The position numbers were made by a program, and so were the translations under genes. Positions 18,965-27,951 of a DNA stretch of 64,000 bases are shown in pieces (position 1 is the stretch's first letter; each line of letters starts with the position of its first letter). Where the stretch lies: the NCBI RefSeq assembly GCF_900539655.1, contig NZ_UQCR01000009.1; one strand, 5' to 3'. Below the pieces are notes generated by a model. It saw nothing but the letters and a program-made list of their open reading frames with translations. It made no database searches and had not been told where the DNA came from. The DNA comes from an uncultured Robinsoniella sp. GTDB taxonomy: Bacteria; Bacillota; Clostridia; Lachnospirales; Lachnospiraceae.

Positions 18965-19270
18965 TTAACCGTTAATTTTTTCAATCTTAACCTGTGTAAA
19001 CTGCTGTCTATGACCGTTTTTCTTATGATATCCAGTTTTTCTCTTATACTTGTAAACAATAACTTTTTTCGCTTTACCGTTTTTCACAACGCTACCTGTT
19101 ACAGTTGCGCTCTCAACGTCAGCTCCAACTTTAAGACCATCATTGCTTACTGCAAGTACTTGATCAAAAGTAACAGTCTCTCCAGCTTCTACTCCAAGCT
19201 TTTCTACGTTAATGATATCGCCTTCGGCTACTTTGTACTGTTTACCACCTGTTGCAATAATTGCGTACAT
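18965..19270 (-). CDS. rplU: 50S ribosomal protein L21
   Basis: [14 protein letters not shown]...GHRQQFT. Confidence 0.98.
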   Translation of the reverse strand: MYAIIATGGKQYKVAEGDIINVEKLGVEAGETVTFDQVLAVSNDGLKVGADVESATVTGSVVKNGKAKKVIVYKYKRKTGYHKKNGHRQQFTQVKIEKING

Positions 19271-19287
19271 ATGGCACCTCCTATTAT

Positions 19288-19348
19288 CATTACTCGCCAG
19301 ATTTGGTGATCATCTGCATGACTCTTAGACCTCTCTGTGCGGCATACT
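19288..19348 (-). ncRNA. L21 ribosomal protein leader
   Basis: Minus strand reads TATGCCGCACAGAGAGGTCTAAG...CACCAAATCTGGCGAGT directly upstream of the rplU RBS. Resembles the Firmicutes L21 leader. Confidence 0.75.
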
Positions 19349-19428
19349 AGAGTATAATAGCATACTGAAGATTTTACGTCAACTATTTTTTCAAAATTAT
19401 TCCTTATTTTTCGCGCATTTTCCAGATC

Positions 19429-19794
19429 TTATCTTTCCGGGACAATTTCAATCCAGTATCCGTCCGGATCTTCAATAAAATAAATTCCCATGGCTTCATT
19501 TTCAAAACAGATGCATCCCATCTCTTTGTGCCTCTGATGAAATCCTTCATAGTCATCTGTAACGAATGCCAGATGGAATTCATCTTCACCAAGATTGTAT
19601 GGCTCTTTTCGCTCTGTCAGGTAGGTGAGCTCCAAAGTAAATTCGGTAATCCCATCCCCCAGATAGACTAGTTTAAACGAACCGTCCGATGCATTTTTTT
19701 CTCTCACCTGTTTTAAACCAAGCGCTTTTTCATAAAAAGTGAGGGATTTATCTAAATCCAGGACATTAAAGTTAAAGTGGTTAAATTTAATCAT
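19429..19794 (-). CDS. Lactoylglutathione lyase/VOC family protein
   Basis: FNHFNFNVLDLDKSLTFYEKALGL, LELTY, HLAF, IEDPDGYWIEI. Confidence 0.9.
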   Translation of the reverse strand: MIKFNHFNFNVLDLDKSLTFYEKALGLKQVREKNASDGSFKLVYLGDGITEFTLELTYLTERKEPYNLGEDEFHLAFVTDDYEGFHQRHKEMGCICFENEAMGIYFIEDPDGYWIEIVPER

Positions 19795-19868
19795 AATTGT
19801 TTCCCCTTCTATTATGTTCATTTTTTTATCATTGATTCATGTTTTATGCAAATCTCTTTTTAAAACCT

Positions 19869-20690
19869 CTACATCGGCTGGAAGATTTCATGGATATCCT
19901 GATATTTCATGACGCATTCTCCCACCTGTCCGCCTTTTGGAGAAAGCAGGCCATGATAATCACTGCCTCCTGTGAGAAATAAATGATAATACTCCGCCGT
20001 TGCTGCTATCTCTTTCATATCAAATGGCGTATTGGACGGGTGCAGTAATTCTACGCCGGTAAGTCCTGCTTCCACCAGTTTGGGAATCAAACGGATATTC
20101 TGCTGCTGACCGGGATGGGCAAGCACTGCCCTGCCGCCGCCTTTCGTAATGGCCTTTACAACTTCTGTTGTGTCGGGATATTCATAGCTGACCCTTAAAG
20201 GTCCGTTTTCCCGGTACATCCGCTGCATCCAGGAACCGAACATGGCATCGATCTGTCCTGTTTTATAGAGTACATAATTAATATGCTGGCGGTATATGCA
20301 GCTGCCGTCTGTTTCTTTCTCTGCCGCTTCCCTGCTGATCTCATATCCCATTTCCTGCAGGCGGCCTATCTGCCATAAGCTCCTTTCATGGCGCATTTCA
20401 AGGACCGGTTTCATCAGTTTTGCCACAGGCTCATAATCAGCTATGTTATATGCCAGAATATGGGCATCCAGTTTTGTCTCCGGATCCCTGGTACCGCATT
20501 CCATTCCCATAATCACCTGTATCTGATATTGACTGCCAAGGGCTTTCAGGATATCTTCCTTTGGCGGTGCATCGTGGTCTGTAAGGGCAATCACGTCCAG
20601 TCCTTCCCGGACGCTTTTCTCAAAAACCTCTTCTGCTGAATCACTGCCATCGGAATAACGGCTGTGTAAATGTAAATCCGCTCTGATCAT
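19869..20690 (-). CDS. PHP-domain phosphoesterase (TrpH/YciV-like)
   Basis: DLHLHSRYSDG, ALTDHD, LAHP, TGGSDYHG. Confidence 0.9.
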   Translation of the reverse strand: MIRADLHLHSRYSDGSDSAEEVFEKSVREGLDVIALTDHDAPPKEDILKALGSQYQIQVIMGMECGTRDPETKLDAHILAYNIADYEPVAKLMKPVLEMRHERSLWQIGRLQEMGYEISREAAEKETDGSCIYRQHINYVLYKTGQIDAMFGSWMQRMYRENGPLRVSYEYPDTTEVVKAITKGGGRAVLAHPGQQQNIRLIPKLVEAGLTGVELLHPSNTPFDMKEIAATAEYYHLFLTGGSDYHGLLSPKGGQVGECVMKYQDIHEIFQPM

Positions 20691-20694
20691 AAAG

Positions 20695-21912
20695 TCACTT
20701 CCTTTGTATCTCAGTAATTGCTTTCACCTGTTCTGCCAGGGATTTTTTCACTTTTTTCCTGGTTACCTCCACCAGTTCCAATGCCGTCATATCCACAAGT
20801 GCAGCCTTGACCGGATCTTTCGACAGATATCCCTGGAATCCATCCATTAACTGCTTCTTGGAATCAGGGGATTTCATATTAATAAAATCAACTATAATAA
20901 TGCCGGAAATGTTCCGTAGCCGAAGCTGTCTGGCAATTTCTCTGGCTGCCTCCAGATTGATTTTTAAAAAAGTTGCTTCCTGGTTCTTGTGGCCGTCATA
21001 TTTGCCTGTATTCACATCGATGGATGTCAGGGCTTCTGTAGGCTGTATGATCAGATAAGCTCCCGATTTCAGCCATACACGCTCTTTCAGCGCATCTTTC
21101 AGAGCCTGGTCCAAGTTATATAGTTTGCCCAGGGGCAGCAGGGAGTCTTCATAAAATGAGAGCTTCCCCAGATCCTCCGGCTGGTATTCCATAAGAAATT
21201 CCTTCATAGAATCATATAAATCTCTGTCATCCGTTAAGATTGTTTCCAGCCTGCCACTGTAAGTGTCCCGCAGCTGGGTCAGATAATTCTTAGGCGTCTG
21301 GTAAAGGCATGAATAACAGGTCCTGAATTTAGAGCGTTCCTTTAGGCTTTCATACTGCTGTATCAGCTGGGCTGCTTCAATCCTCAATTCCTCCGTCGAT
21401 GCCTGAGGGGCATTGGTCCTGATAATCCAGCCATAGTCAGCGGACCGGTACTCCTCCAGCAGCTCCTTCAGTTCTCTTTTCTGCAGGAGCGACAGTTTGC
21501 CCGAGACCCCAATCCGCGTATTCCCACTGGTCAGAACCAGATATTTCCCGGTAAAGCTAAGATTCGAAGTGACGGTGGGTGCTTTTGTTTTCATATTTTC
21601 CCGGCTGACCTGAACCAGAAGTTCATCTCCCGCCACTAATCGGCGTGAGTTCATCTTTCTGGTACAGACAGGCTCCGGATTTTCTTCCAGGGAATAGTAA
21701 CAGGGTAATCCGCTTTTGATTTCTATAAAAGCAGCCTGGATATTTTTAACGATATTCTGTACTTTTCCAATATATATATTTCCCAGAAGAGATTCTTCCT
21801 CTTCCGGTTCTAAATGAAATTCTACCGGCTTTCCATCCTGAAGAAGGGTTGTCAGTATCTGACCCTCCGTTTTTGTAATAACCAGTTTACTGTTTTTTTC
21901 TTTATCAGGCAC
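20695..21912 (-). CDS. rng: Ribonuclease E/G family protein
   Basis: GNIYIGKV S1 domain, TEALTSIDVNTG, RQLRLRNISGIIIVDFI. Probable GTG start at 21912. Confidence 0.92.
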   Translation of the reverse strand: MPDKEKNSKLVITKTEGQILTTLLQDGKPVEFHLEPEEEESLLGNIYIGKVQNIVKNIQAAFIEIKSGLPCYYSLEENPEPVCTRKMNSRRLVAGDELLVQVSRENMKTKAPTVTSNLSFTGKYLVLTSGNTRIGVSGKLSLLQKRELKELLEEYRSADYGWIIRTNAPQASTEELRIEAAQLIQQYESLKERSKFRTCYSCLYQTPKNYLTQLRDTYSGRLETILTDDRDLYDSMKEFLMEYQPEDLGKLSFYEDSLLPLGKLYNLDQALKDALKERVWLKSGAYLIIQPTEALTSIDVNTGKYDGHKNQEATFLKINLEAAREIARQLRLRNISGIIIVDFINMKSPDSKKQLMDGFQGYLSKDPVKAALVDMTALELVEVTRKKVKKSLAEQVKAITEIQRK

Positions 21913-22621
21913 GGTCCGGAATATCCTCCCCCAGATCTTCCAGAGAAACCAGCCTGCGCTTCTTCTCATTTCCCAGATCTGCATAGACCTCAAGACGGTG
22001 AACCATCAGCCCGAACGGCTCCGGTTCCATTCCCAGATACCTGGAAAACGCCTCCATCACAAGCTCCGGCTTCAGATTATTGACACTGCCCGTTGCAAGC
22101 TGCATAAAGATTCCCTCGTCCCGAAGCTCCAGTGCATAGATCATAGGTTTGATATCTACTTCTTTTTCACTTTTCTTCGTTTTCTTAACAACGGTAATGG
22201 ATTCCCGGTTGTAAAATTCCTGAAGGCGGCTCTTATAATCCTGTCCCGGATCATTCTCCTCCCGGAAATTCACCAGATAATCCGCTGCCGCAACCAAAGA
22301 CATGGCTTTGCTGGCTTTCTCCTCCGGAATTCTGCGGAAACTCAATATGGACATTCCTTCCACCATGCATGCATTCAACTGCCGTATGGCATCTGCTGAA
22401 GAAATCTCAGTATTTACTTCAATATCCAGATACTCTCCCGTACTGGTAAGCCCTACACCAAGCGGGGCTGCAAAAGACATAATCATATGCGGACTGAATC
22501 CTTCCGTAAATGCAATGTCAATATTTCCTCTTCTCATAGCTTTCTGAAAATAGCGCATGATATCCAGGTGTCCAATAAATTTCATCACACCTTCTTTTGC
22601 AAATTTAATTCTTACTTTCAA
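21905..22621 (-). CDS. Radical SAM-associated protein (TIGR03936/DUF2344-like)
   Basis: KFIGHLD, FTEGFSPH, EYLD, NLKPE motifs. Immediately follows the radical SAM gene. Confidence 0.88.
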   Translation of the reverse strand: MKVRIKFAKEGVMKFIGHLDIMRYFQKAMRRGNIDIAFTEGFSPHMIMSFAAPLGVGLTSTGEYLDIEVNTEISSADAIRQLNACMVEGMSILSFRRIPEEKASKAMSLVAAADYLVNFREENDPGQDYKSRLQEFYNRESITVVKKTKKSEKEVDIKPMIYALELRDEGIFMQLATGSVNNLKPELVMEAFSRYLGMEPEPFGLMVHRLEVYADLGNEKKRRLVSLEDLGEDIPDRA

Positions 22622-24470
22622 TACATACGCCTCCTTTGTATTTCCCTGCGCCGCATCCGGAACAGCCCTGGCGGCAGTTGTTGGTAATGGTCTCTGAAAC
22701 CGCTTTTTCCCATTCTTTTATCAGGAAATTCTTCGAAACGCCAATGTTAATAAAATCCCAGGGCAGTATCTCATCCATGGAGCGTTCTCTGGTAGTATAG
22801 AAATCCGGATTTATTCCCGTATGTTCGAATGCTTCCATCCATATCTGATTCTTAAAAGTCTCTGACCATGCATCGTACAATGCACCGTTTTGATAAGCGT
22901 CCATTATGGCTGCTCCCACTTTACGGTCTCCACGTGCCAGCAGGCCTTCCAGTACAGTCACATCCGCCTCATGCCAGTTATATTTGATACTCTTACGGTT
23001 TAACTGGTCTTTTACTTCCTGATTGACAATTCTTGCTTTACCAAGAAATTCTTCTTTCGTATTCATTCCTACCCATTGAAACGGTGTAAAAGGCTTTGGT
23101 ACAAAGAATGAGGTGCTGACGGTAATCTGGCATTTACCGTTTCGTTCTTCTTTTGGTATCTCATAATACCTTCTGGCAATGCGGTCAGCCAGGTGGGCAA
23201 TCTCTTTCATATCTTCTTCTGTCTCTGTGGGCAGACCAAGCATGAAATACAATTTTACCCGGTTCCAGCCGCCTTCAAATGCCTGTCCCGCACCGTCAAT
23301 GATATTTTCTTCCGTCAGCCCTTTGTTAATCACATCCCGCAGCCGCTGTGAGCCGGCTTCCGGTGCAAAGGTAAGGCTGCTTTTCTTCACATCCTGCACT
23401 TTGCTCATAACATCCAGGGAGAAGGCATCAATACGAAGAGAAGGCAGGGAGATATTGACCCCTTTTCCTTTAAATTCTTCTATTAAATAGGTAACTAATC
23501 CTTCAAGATTGGAATAGTCGCTGGAGCTCAAAGAACTCAGGGAAATTTCTTCATGTCCTGTATTTTTTAACATTTCATATGCATATTCCTTCAGCATTTC
23601 CAGATCCCGCTCTCTGGTGGGCCGGTAGAGCATTCCAGCCTGACAGAAACGGCATCCGCGGATACAGCCCCTTTGTATTTCCAGTACAACCCTGTCCTGG
23701 GTTGCTTTGATAAAAGGCACTACCGGTGCTTTGGGATAGTACGTATCGGTAATATCCATAACAATCTGCTTCTCCACAAATGCCGGGGTATCTGCATTTT
23801 TCGGTTGAAAAGAAGCGATGGTTCCATCTTCGTTATACGCCACTTCATATAGAGAAGGAACATATATACCCGGAATATGGGCAGCCGCTTCTAAAAATGC
23901 CTGTCTGCTTTTTCCCTCCGCTTTATATTCCTTATACAGGTCAATTAATCTGAAATATACCGTTTCTCCTTCCCCTATATAAAAAAGGTCAAAGAAATCC
24001 GCAAGCGGTTCCGGATTATAGCTGCATGGTCCGCCGCCAATCACAATTGGACAATGTTCATCCCTGTCTTTACTCAAAAGGGGAATTTTACTCAGATCCA
24101 GTATCTGCAGGATATTTGTATAACACATCTCATACTGAATGGTAATCCCAAGGAAATCAAAATCTTTGATCGGATCCTGGGATTCCAGCGCAAACAGCGG
24201 AATATCCTTTTCTCTCAAGACACTGTCCAGATCCATCCACGGAGAATAGACTCTTTCACACCAGATATCTTCTCTCTGATTCAGCATATCGTAAAGAATC
24301 TGAATTCCAAGGTGTGACATTCCAATCTCGTAAACGTCCGGGAAACACATAGCGAACCTCACGTCCACTTTATCCGTTTCCTTATTTACCGAATTCACTT
24401 CATTCCCGATGTAGCGTGCCGGTTTTTCAATATTTAATAATATTTCATCATTTAGAGCAAGTTTTCTCAT
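22605..24470 (-). CDS. B12-binding-domain radical SAM protein (TIGR03960-like)
   Basis: KPARYIGNE, FPDVYEIGMSHLG, CIRGCRFC (CxxxCxxC), C-terminal Cys cluster. ATG 24470 follows AAGGA. Confidence 0.9.
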   Translation of the reverse strand: MRKLALNDEILLNIEKPARYIGNEVNSVNKETDKVDVRFAMCFPDVYEIGMSHLGIQILYDMLNQREDIWCERVYSPWMDLDSVLREKDIPLFALESQDPIKDFDFLGITIQYEMCYTNILQILDLSKIPLLSKDRDEHCPIVIGGGPCSYNPEPLADFFDLFYIGEGETVYFRLIDLYKEYKAEGKSRQAFLEAAAHIPGIYVPSLYEVAYNEDGTIASFQPKNADTPAFVEKQIVMDITDTYYPKAPVVPFIKATQDRVVLEIQRGCIRGCRFCQAGMLYRPTRERDLEMLKEYAYEMLKNTGHEEISLSSLSSSDYSNLEGLVTYLIEEFKGKGVNISLPSLRIDAFSLDVMSKVQDVKKSSLTFAPEAGSQRLRDVINKGLTEENIIDGAGQAFEGGWNRVKLYFMLGLPTETEEDMKEIAHLADRIARRYYEIPKEERNGKCQITVSTSFFVPKPFTPFQWVGMNTKEEFLGKARIVNQEVKDQLNRKSIKYNWHEADVTVLEGLLARGDRKVGAAIMDAYQNGALYDAWSETFKNQIWMEAFEHTGINPDFYTTRERSMDEILPWDFINIGVSKNFLIKEWEKAVSETITNNCRQGCSGCGAGKYKGGVCIESKN

Positions 24471-24793
24471 ATATTTCCTTTCGTTTCTTGTACATAATAA
24501 ATTCCGGAGTACTGATTTCGAAGTTTCATAATTTTTCAACATTATACAATACTTTTCACCATTGAACAACAAAAACAAACATGTCGGATTAATTACAATC
24601 CCACCTATTATATACATTTTACGAAAGAACTTCAAGCATTTATATCTCATCCATTGGTTTGATTTTCAGATAAAGCCCCATTAACTGCTCCAATGCCTTC
24701 AAATCGAATAGTAAAAAGCGGAAACAGCGCAGCTTTTACGCTACGCCCTTTCCGCATAATTTACTGTATTCCACAAGACCGCTTAAATTCAGA

Positions 24794-26434
24794 TCAAACG
24801 GCTCTTGTCAGCATCTCATGATACTGTTCCGCTATGTTTAATGCATGGTCTCCGATACGTTCAAAATCGGTCAGCAGCTCGGAAAAGAAGATACTCGCAT
24901 CTGCGATACATTCACTTTTTCCCATTCTCTCCATCTGCTGCTTCAGATTTTCATTTCTGATATCATCAATTTTCTGTTCGTCACGGGAAGTTTTCTCCAG
25001 CATCGTTTTAATATCCGATACATTGCTTCCTGCCACATCTTCCAGAATCTGAAGACTCATATCACGCATTATCAGAATCTCATTTTTTGCCGTATCTGAA
25101 AAATTCACATTCATTTTCTTCATGCTCACAGCGTATCCCAGAATGTTCATAGCATGGTCACCGATTCGCTCCAGGTTGCCCAGAATCTTGTAATACCCGC
25201 TGATTTTGACAGAATCTTCCGCTGCCATCTCATGGTGCATCACAGATACAATATACCGGGATACTTCTGCATTGAGATAATCAATGTAATCTTCTTTCTG
25301 CTCAAGCTCTACTTTTGCATGTGCTGAGCTGTGAAGCACCGCATCAAAACTGCCGGTAACCGTTTCACAGACCATATTCCGCATCCGCTCGATCTCCTGG
25401 TCAATCTGAGTCAGAACCAGTGCCCCCTGCCCCATTGCATAATGGCTTTCGAAGGGCTGTATGTATTCCAGATGAAGCATTTCTTCCTGTTCGCTTTGTT
25501 TATCCGGCAGGATCTTTTCAGCCAGATGAGCCATATAGGTTCCAAACGGAAGCAAAAGCAGCGTGGTAACGATATTGAATACCGTATGCACATTGGCAAT
25601 CTGGGATACCGGATTCCCGGGTGTGAGATGCTCCATAAGAATCGTAAATGGAGTTATCAGGCAAATGACGGTAAATATCAAAGTACCGATAACATTAAAC
25701 ATCAGATGGATGACCGTGGTCCGCTTTGCATTGGTCTTAGTTCCAATAGCCGCTAAAACTGCTGTGATACAGGTTCCGATATTCTGACCGAACAGAATGT
25801 ATACTGCGCTGGAAAGAGGAATCATGCCGGTACCAGCCAGAGCCTGCAGAATGCCCACTGACGCGGAGGAGGACTGTATGACGGCAGTGAAGACAGCACC
25901 AATCAAAATACCTACCAGCGGATTGCGGAAAGTAGTCATGAAATGAATAAAGGTCTCTGAATTCTGAAGGGGAACCATAGCGGATCCCATCATATCCATT
26001 CCGATAAAAAGCACACCAAGGCCTGCAAAAATTTCACTGATATGCTTTACTTTTTCATTTTTTACAAAAAGAATCGCAGCCACACCCAGAAAAGCGATCA
26101 GAGGAGCAATCATACCGATATCCAATGCAATCAGCTGTCCGGTAATAGTGGTACCGATGTTGGCACCCATGATTACCCATACCGCCTGCTTTAAGGTCAT
26201 AAGGCCGGAGTTTACAAAGCCAACGACCATAACTGTCGTAGCTGATGAGGATTGGATTACTGCTGTTATGGCTGCTCCCGCCCAAACACCTTTAAAACGG
26301 TTGGAGGTGAGCTTTTCGAGGATTTGTTTCATCTTATTTCCGGCGGCCATCTCTAAACCACTACTCATCATCTGCATGCCATATAAAAACAATGCAAGAC
26401 CGCCCAGAAGCATTAAAATATCAGATAGTTCCAT
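24794..26434 (-). CDS. Na+/phosphate cotransporter (NptA/YjbB family) with PhoU-like C-terminus
   Basis: Two QSSS repeats, GANIGTT, GQNIGTC, and two ERIGDHA motifs. Confidence 0.93.
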   Translation of the reverse strand: MELSDILMLLGGLALFLYGMQMMSSGLEMAAGNKMKQILEKLTSNRFKGVWAGAAITAVIQSSSATTVMVVGFVNSGLMTLKQAVWVIMGANIGTTITGQLIALDIGMIAPLIAFLGVAAILFVKNEKVKHISEIFAGLGVLFIGMDMMGSAMVPLQNSETFIHFMTTFRNPLVGILIGAVFTAVIQSSSASVGILQALAGTGMIPLSSAVYILFGQNIGTCITAVLAAIGTKTNAKRTTVIHLMFNVIGTLIFTVICLITPFTILMEHLTPGNPVSQIANVHTVFNIVTTLLLLPFGTYMAHLAEKILPDKQSEQEEMLHLEYIQPFESHYAMGQGALVLTQIDQEIERMRNMVCETVTGSFDAVLHSSAHAKVELEQKEDYIDYLNAEVSRYIVSVMHHEMAAEDSVKISGYYKILGNLERIGDHAMNILGYAVSMKKMNVNFSDTAKNEILIMRDMSLQILEDVAGSNVSDIKTMLEKTSRDEQKIDDIRNENLKQQMERMGKSECIADASIFFSELLTDFERIGDHALNIAEQYHEMLTRAV

Positions 26435-26503
26435 TGTATATTCTCCCATTCATGTCATAATATTTACACTGTAACCTGCACGTATCCGAGAGATACGCCT
26501 ACT

Positions 26504-26938
26504 TTACAGCGGACGTTTTTTTCCGTCTGACTCATGGGTAATATTCAGCTTATCATAAAACTGACCGGGCATGGACGCCCAAAATAAAAATAGCAAAAAA
26601 ATGCCTCCGCAAAACATCATGGAATAGATGTTCTGAGGCATATACAAATCAGGAATCCAGGATCCAGGTGCCAGCTCTCCCCGAAACAGATTCAATACCT
26701 GGTGAATAAGGACTCTGCCCGGCGGCACAGTATGCTCCATATCCCGCTCGTTTATGGCATGTCTTCCTGCATAAATACGATCCTGCTTTTCCGTGCCGGC
26801 AGACTGGAAATGATGCATATCCCTGTTTGATGAACCAACCGGGGTAGAACTGTTTCCTGTTCCAGCATACGCTAAACAGACTGCTGTTAAAATAAAGATC
26901 ACACAGGCAAATCGCTTAATAATATGAAAGCTTTTCAT
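26504..26938 (-). CDS. Hypothetical membrane/exported protein (uORF of the Na/Pi transporter)
   Basis: 144 aa with a signal-like N-terminus, a second hydrophobic stretch, and C-terminal ITHESDGKKRPL. Confidence 0.6.
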   Translation of the reverse strand: MKSFHIIKRFACVIFILTAVCLAYAGTGNSSTPVGSSNRDMHHFQSAGTEKQDRIYAGRHAINERDMEHTVPPGRVLIHQVLNLFRGELAPGSWIPDLYMPQNIYSMMFCGGIFLLFLFWASMPGQFYDKLNITHESDGKKRPL

Positions 26939-26941
26939 CTC

Positions 26942-27016
26942 TTAATACAGCACTGCTGCGCATACCGCGTCCCTTTTATAAAGAACACAGCCTATATTTT
27001 TAATTCTTATGCGCAT
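26942..27016 (-). CDS. Putative 24-aa leader peptide
   Basis: AAGGAG RBS 8 nt before the ATG. MRIRIKNIGCVLYKRDAVCAAVLY*. In frame with the next ORF. Confidence 0.35.
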   Translation of the reverse strand: MRIRIKNIGCVLYKRDAVCAAVLY

Positions 27017-27051
27017 AGTATTTTCTCCTTAGTACATTTGTTGCTTTCTCT

Positions 27052-27080
27052 ATTATAATATCACATTTGTTTTTCTGCAA
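27052..27080 (-). promoter_or_regulatory. SigA-type promoter
   Basis: TTGCAG-N17-TATAAT on the minus strand. Confidence 0.7.
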
Positions 27081-27324
27081 TCATTTCATGTAGAAATATT
27101 GAAACTGAAAGGCATTTCAGATATACACTATATCCCAAATACAGACAGGGAATCATTTCCTGGTTTGCTGAGGGCTCCCCGGATGCTGAAAGATATGGGA
27201 TTAATTATTTTTCTGTTCTTTTTTATTAAAGGTGACACGTTCTGTCACCTTTTTGTGATAAAATAATTGTGTAAGAAACACATGTTAAACATCGTAAAAA
27301 GGAAGCAGAAAGGATACTTATTTT

Positions 27325-27891
27325 ATGGATGAAAAAATCAGATGCCCTTGGGCGGGAGACACCCCCATATACGTAGATTATCATGACAACGAATGGGGGC
27401 GTCCCGAACATGACGATCGCAAGCTTTTTGAAATGTTAACCTTTGAAAGCATGCAGGCTGGACTTTCCTGGATTACCGTACTCAAAAAAAGAGAGGCCTT
27501 CCGGGAAGCATTTGACGGGTTTGACCCCGCAAAGACAGCCCTTTACGGAGATGCAAAAATCCAGGAACTTATGGCTAATGAGAAAATAATCAGAAACCGG
27601 CTGAAAATCAATGCCGCCATTAACAATGCAAAAGTTTTTTTGGAGGTTTCCGCAAAGCATGGAAGTTTTGATAACATGATCTGGAATTACGTGGATTATA
27701 CCCCCATTGTAAATCACTGGGAGAAAATGGAGGACATACCTGCCACCACACTGCTCTCCGACCAGATCAGTAAAGATTTGAAAAAAATGGGCTTTAAATT
27801 TTTAGGCTCCACTACGGTTTATTCGTTTATGCAGGCTGTGGGCATGGTGAATGATCATCTTACATCGTGTTTTCTGTATGAAGAGATCTGA
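27325..27891 (+). CDS. tag: DNA-3-methyladenine glycosylase I
   Basis: RCPWA, YHDNEWG, QAGLSWITVL, IIRNRLKI, GMVNDHLTSC. Confidence 0.96.
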   Translation: MDEKIRCPWAGDTPIYVDYHDNEWGRPEHDDRKLFEMLTFESMQAGLSWITVLKKREAFREAFDGFDPAKTALYGDAKIQELMANEKIIRNRLKINAAINNAKVFLEVSAKHGSFDNMIWNYVDYTPIVNHWEKMEDIPATTLLSDQISKDLKKMGFKFLGSTTVYSFMQAVGMVNDHLTSCFLYEEI

Positions 27892-27909
27892 CGGATGCAG
27901 CTTAGAACC

Positions 27910-27950
27910 GCAAAACCGCTTGCTCCTTTCATAAGAGCAAGCGGTTTTGC
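27910..27950. terminator. Bidirectional terminator
   Basis: Perfect 16-bp stem GCAAAACCGCTTGCTC/GAGCAAGCGGTTTTGC between convergent genes. Confidence 0.8.
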
Positions 27951-27951
27951 T

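Noticed and set aside
24471..24650. N-terminal extensions in the ORF track (also at 39358, 21993, 18702, 5699, 44241)
   Set aside because: RBS position and family N-termini support downstream starts, and the extensions run through promoter or intergenic sequence.
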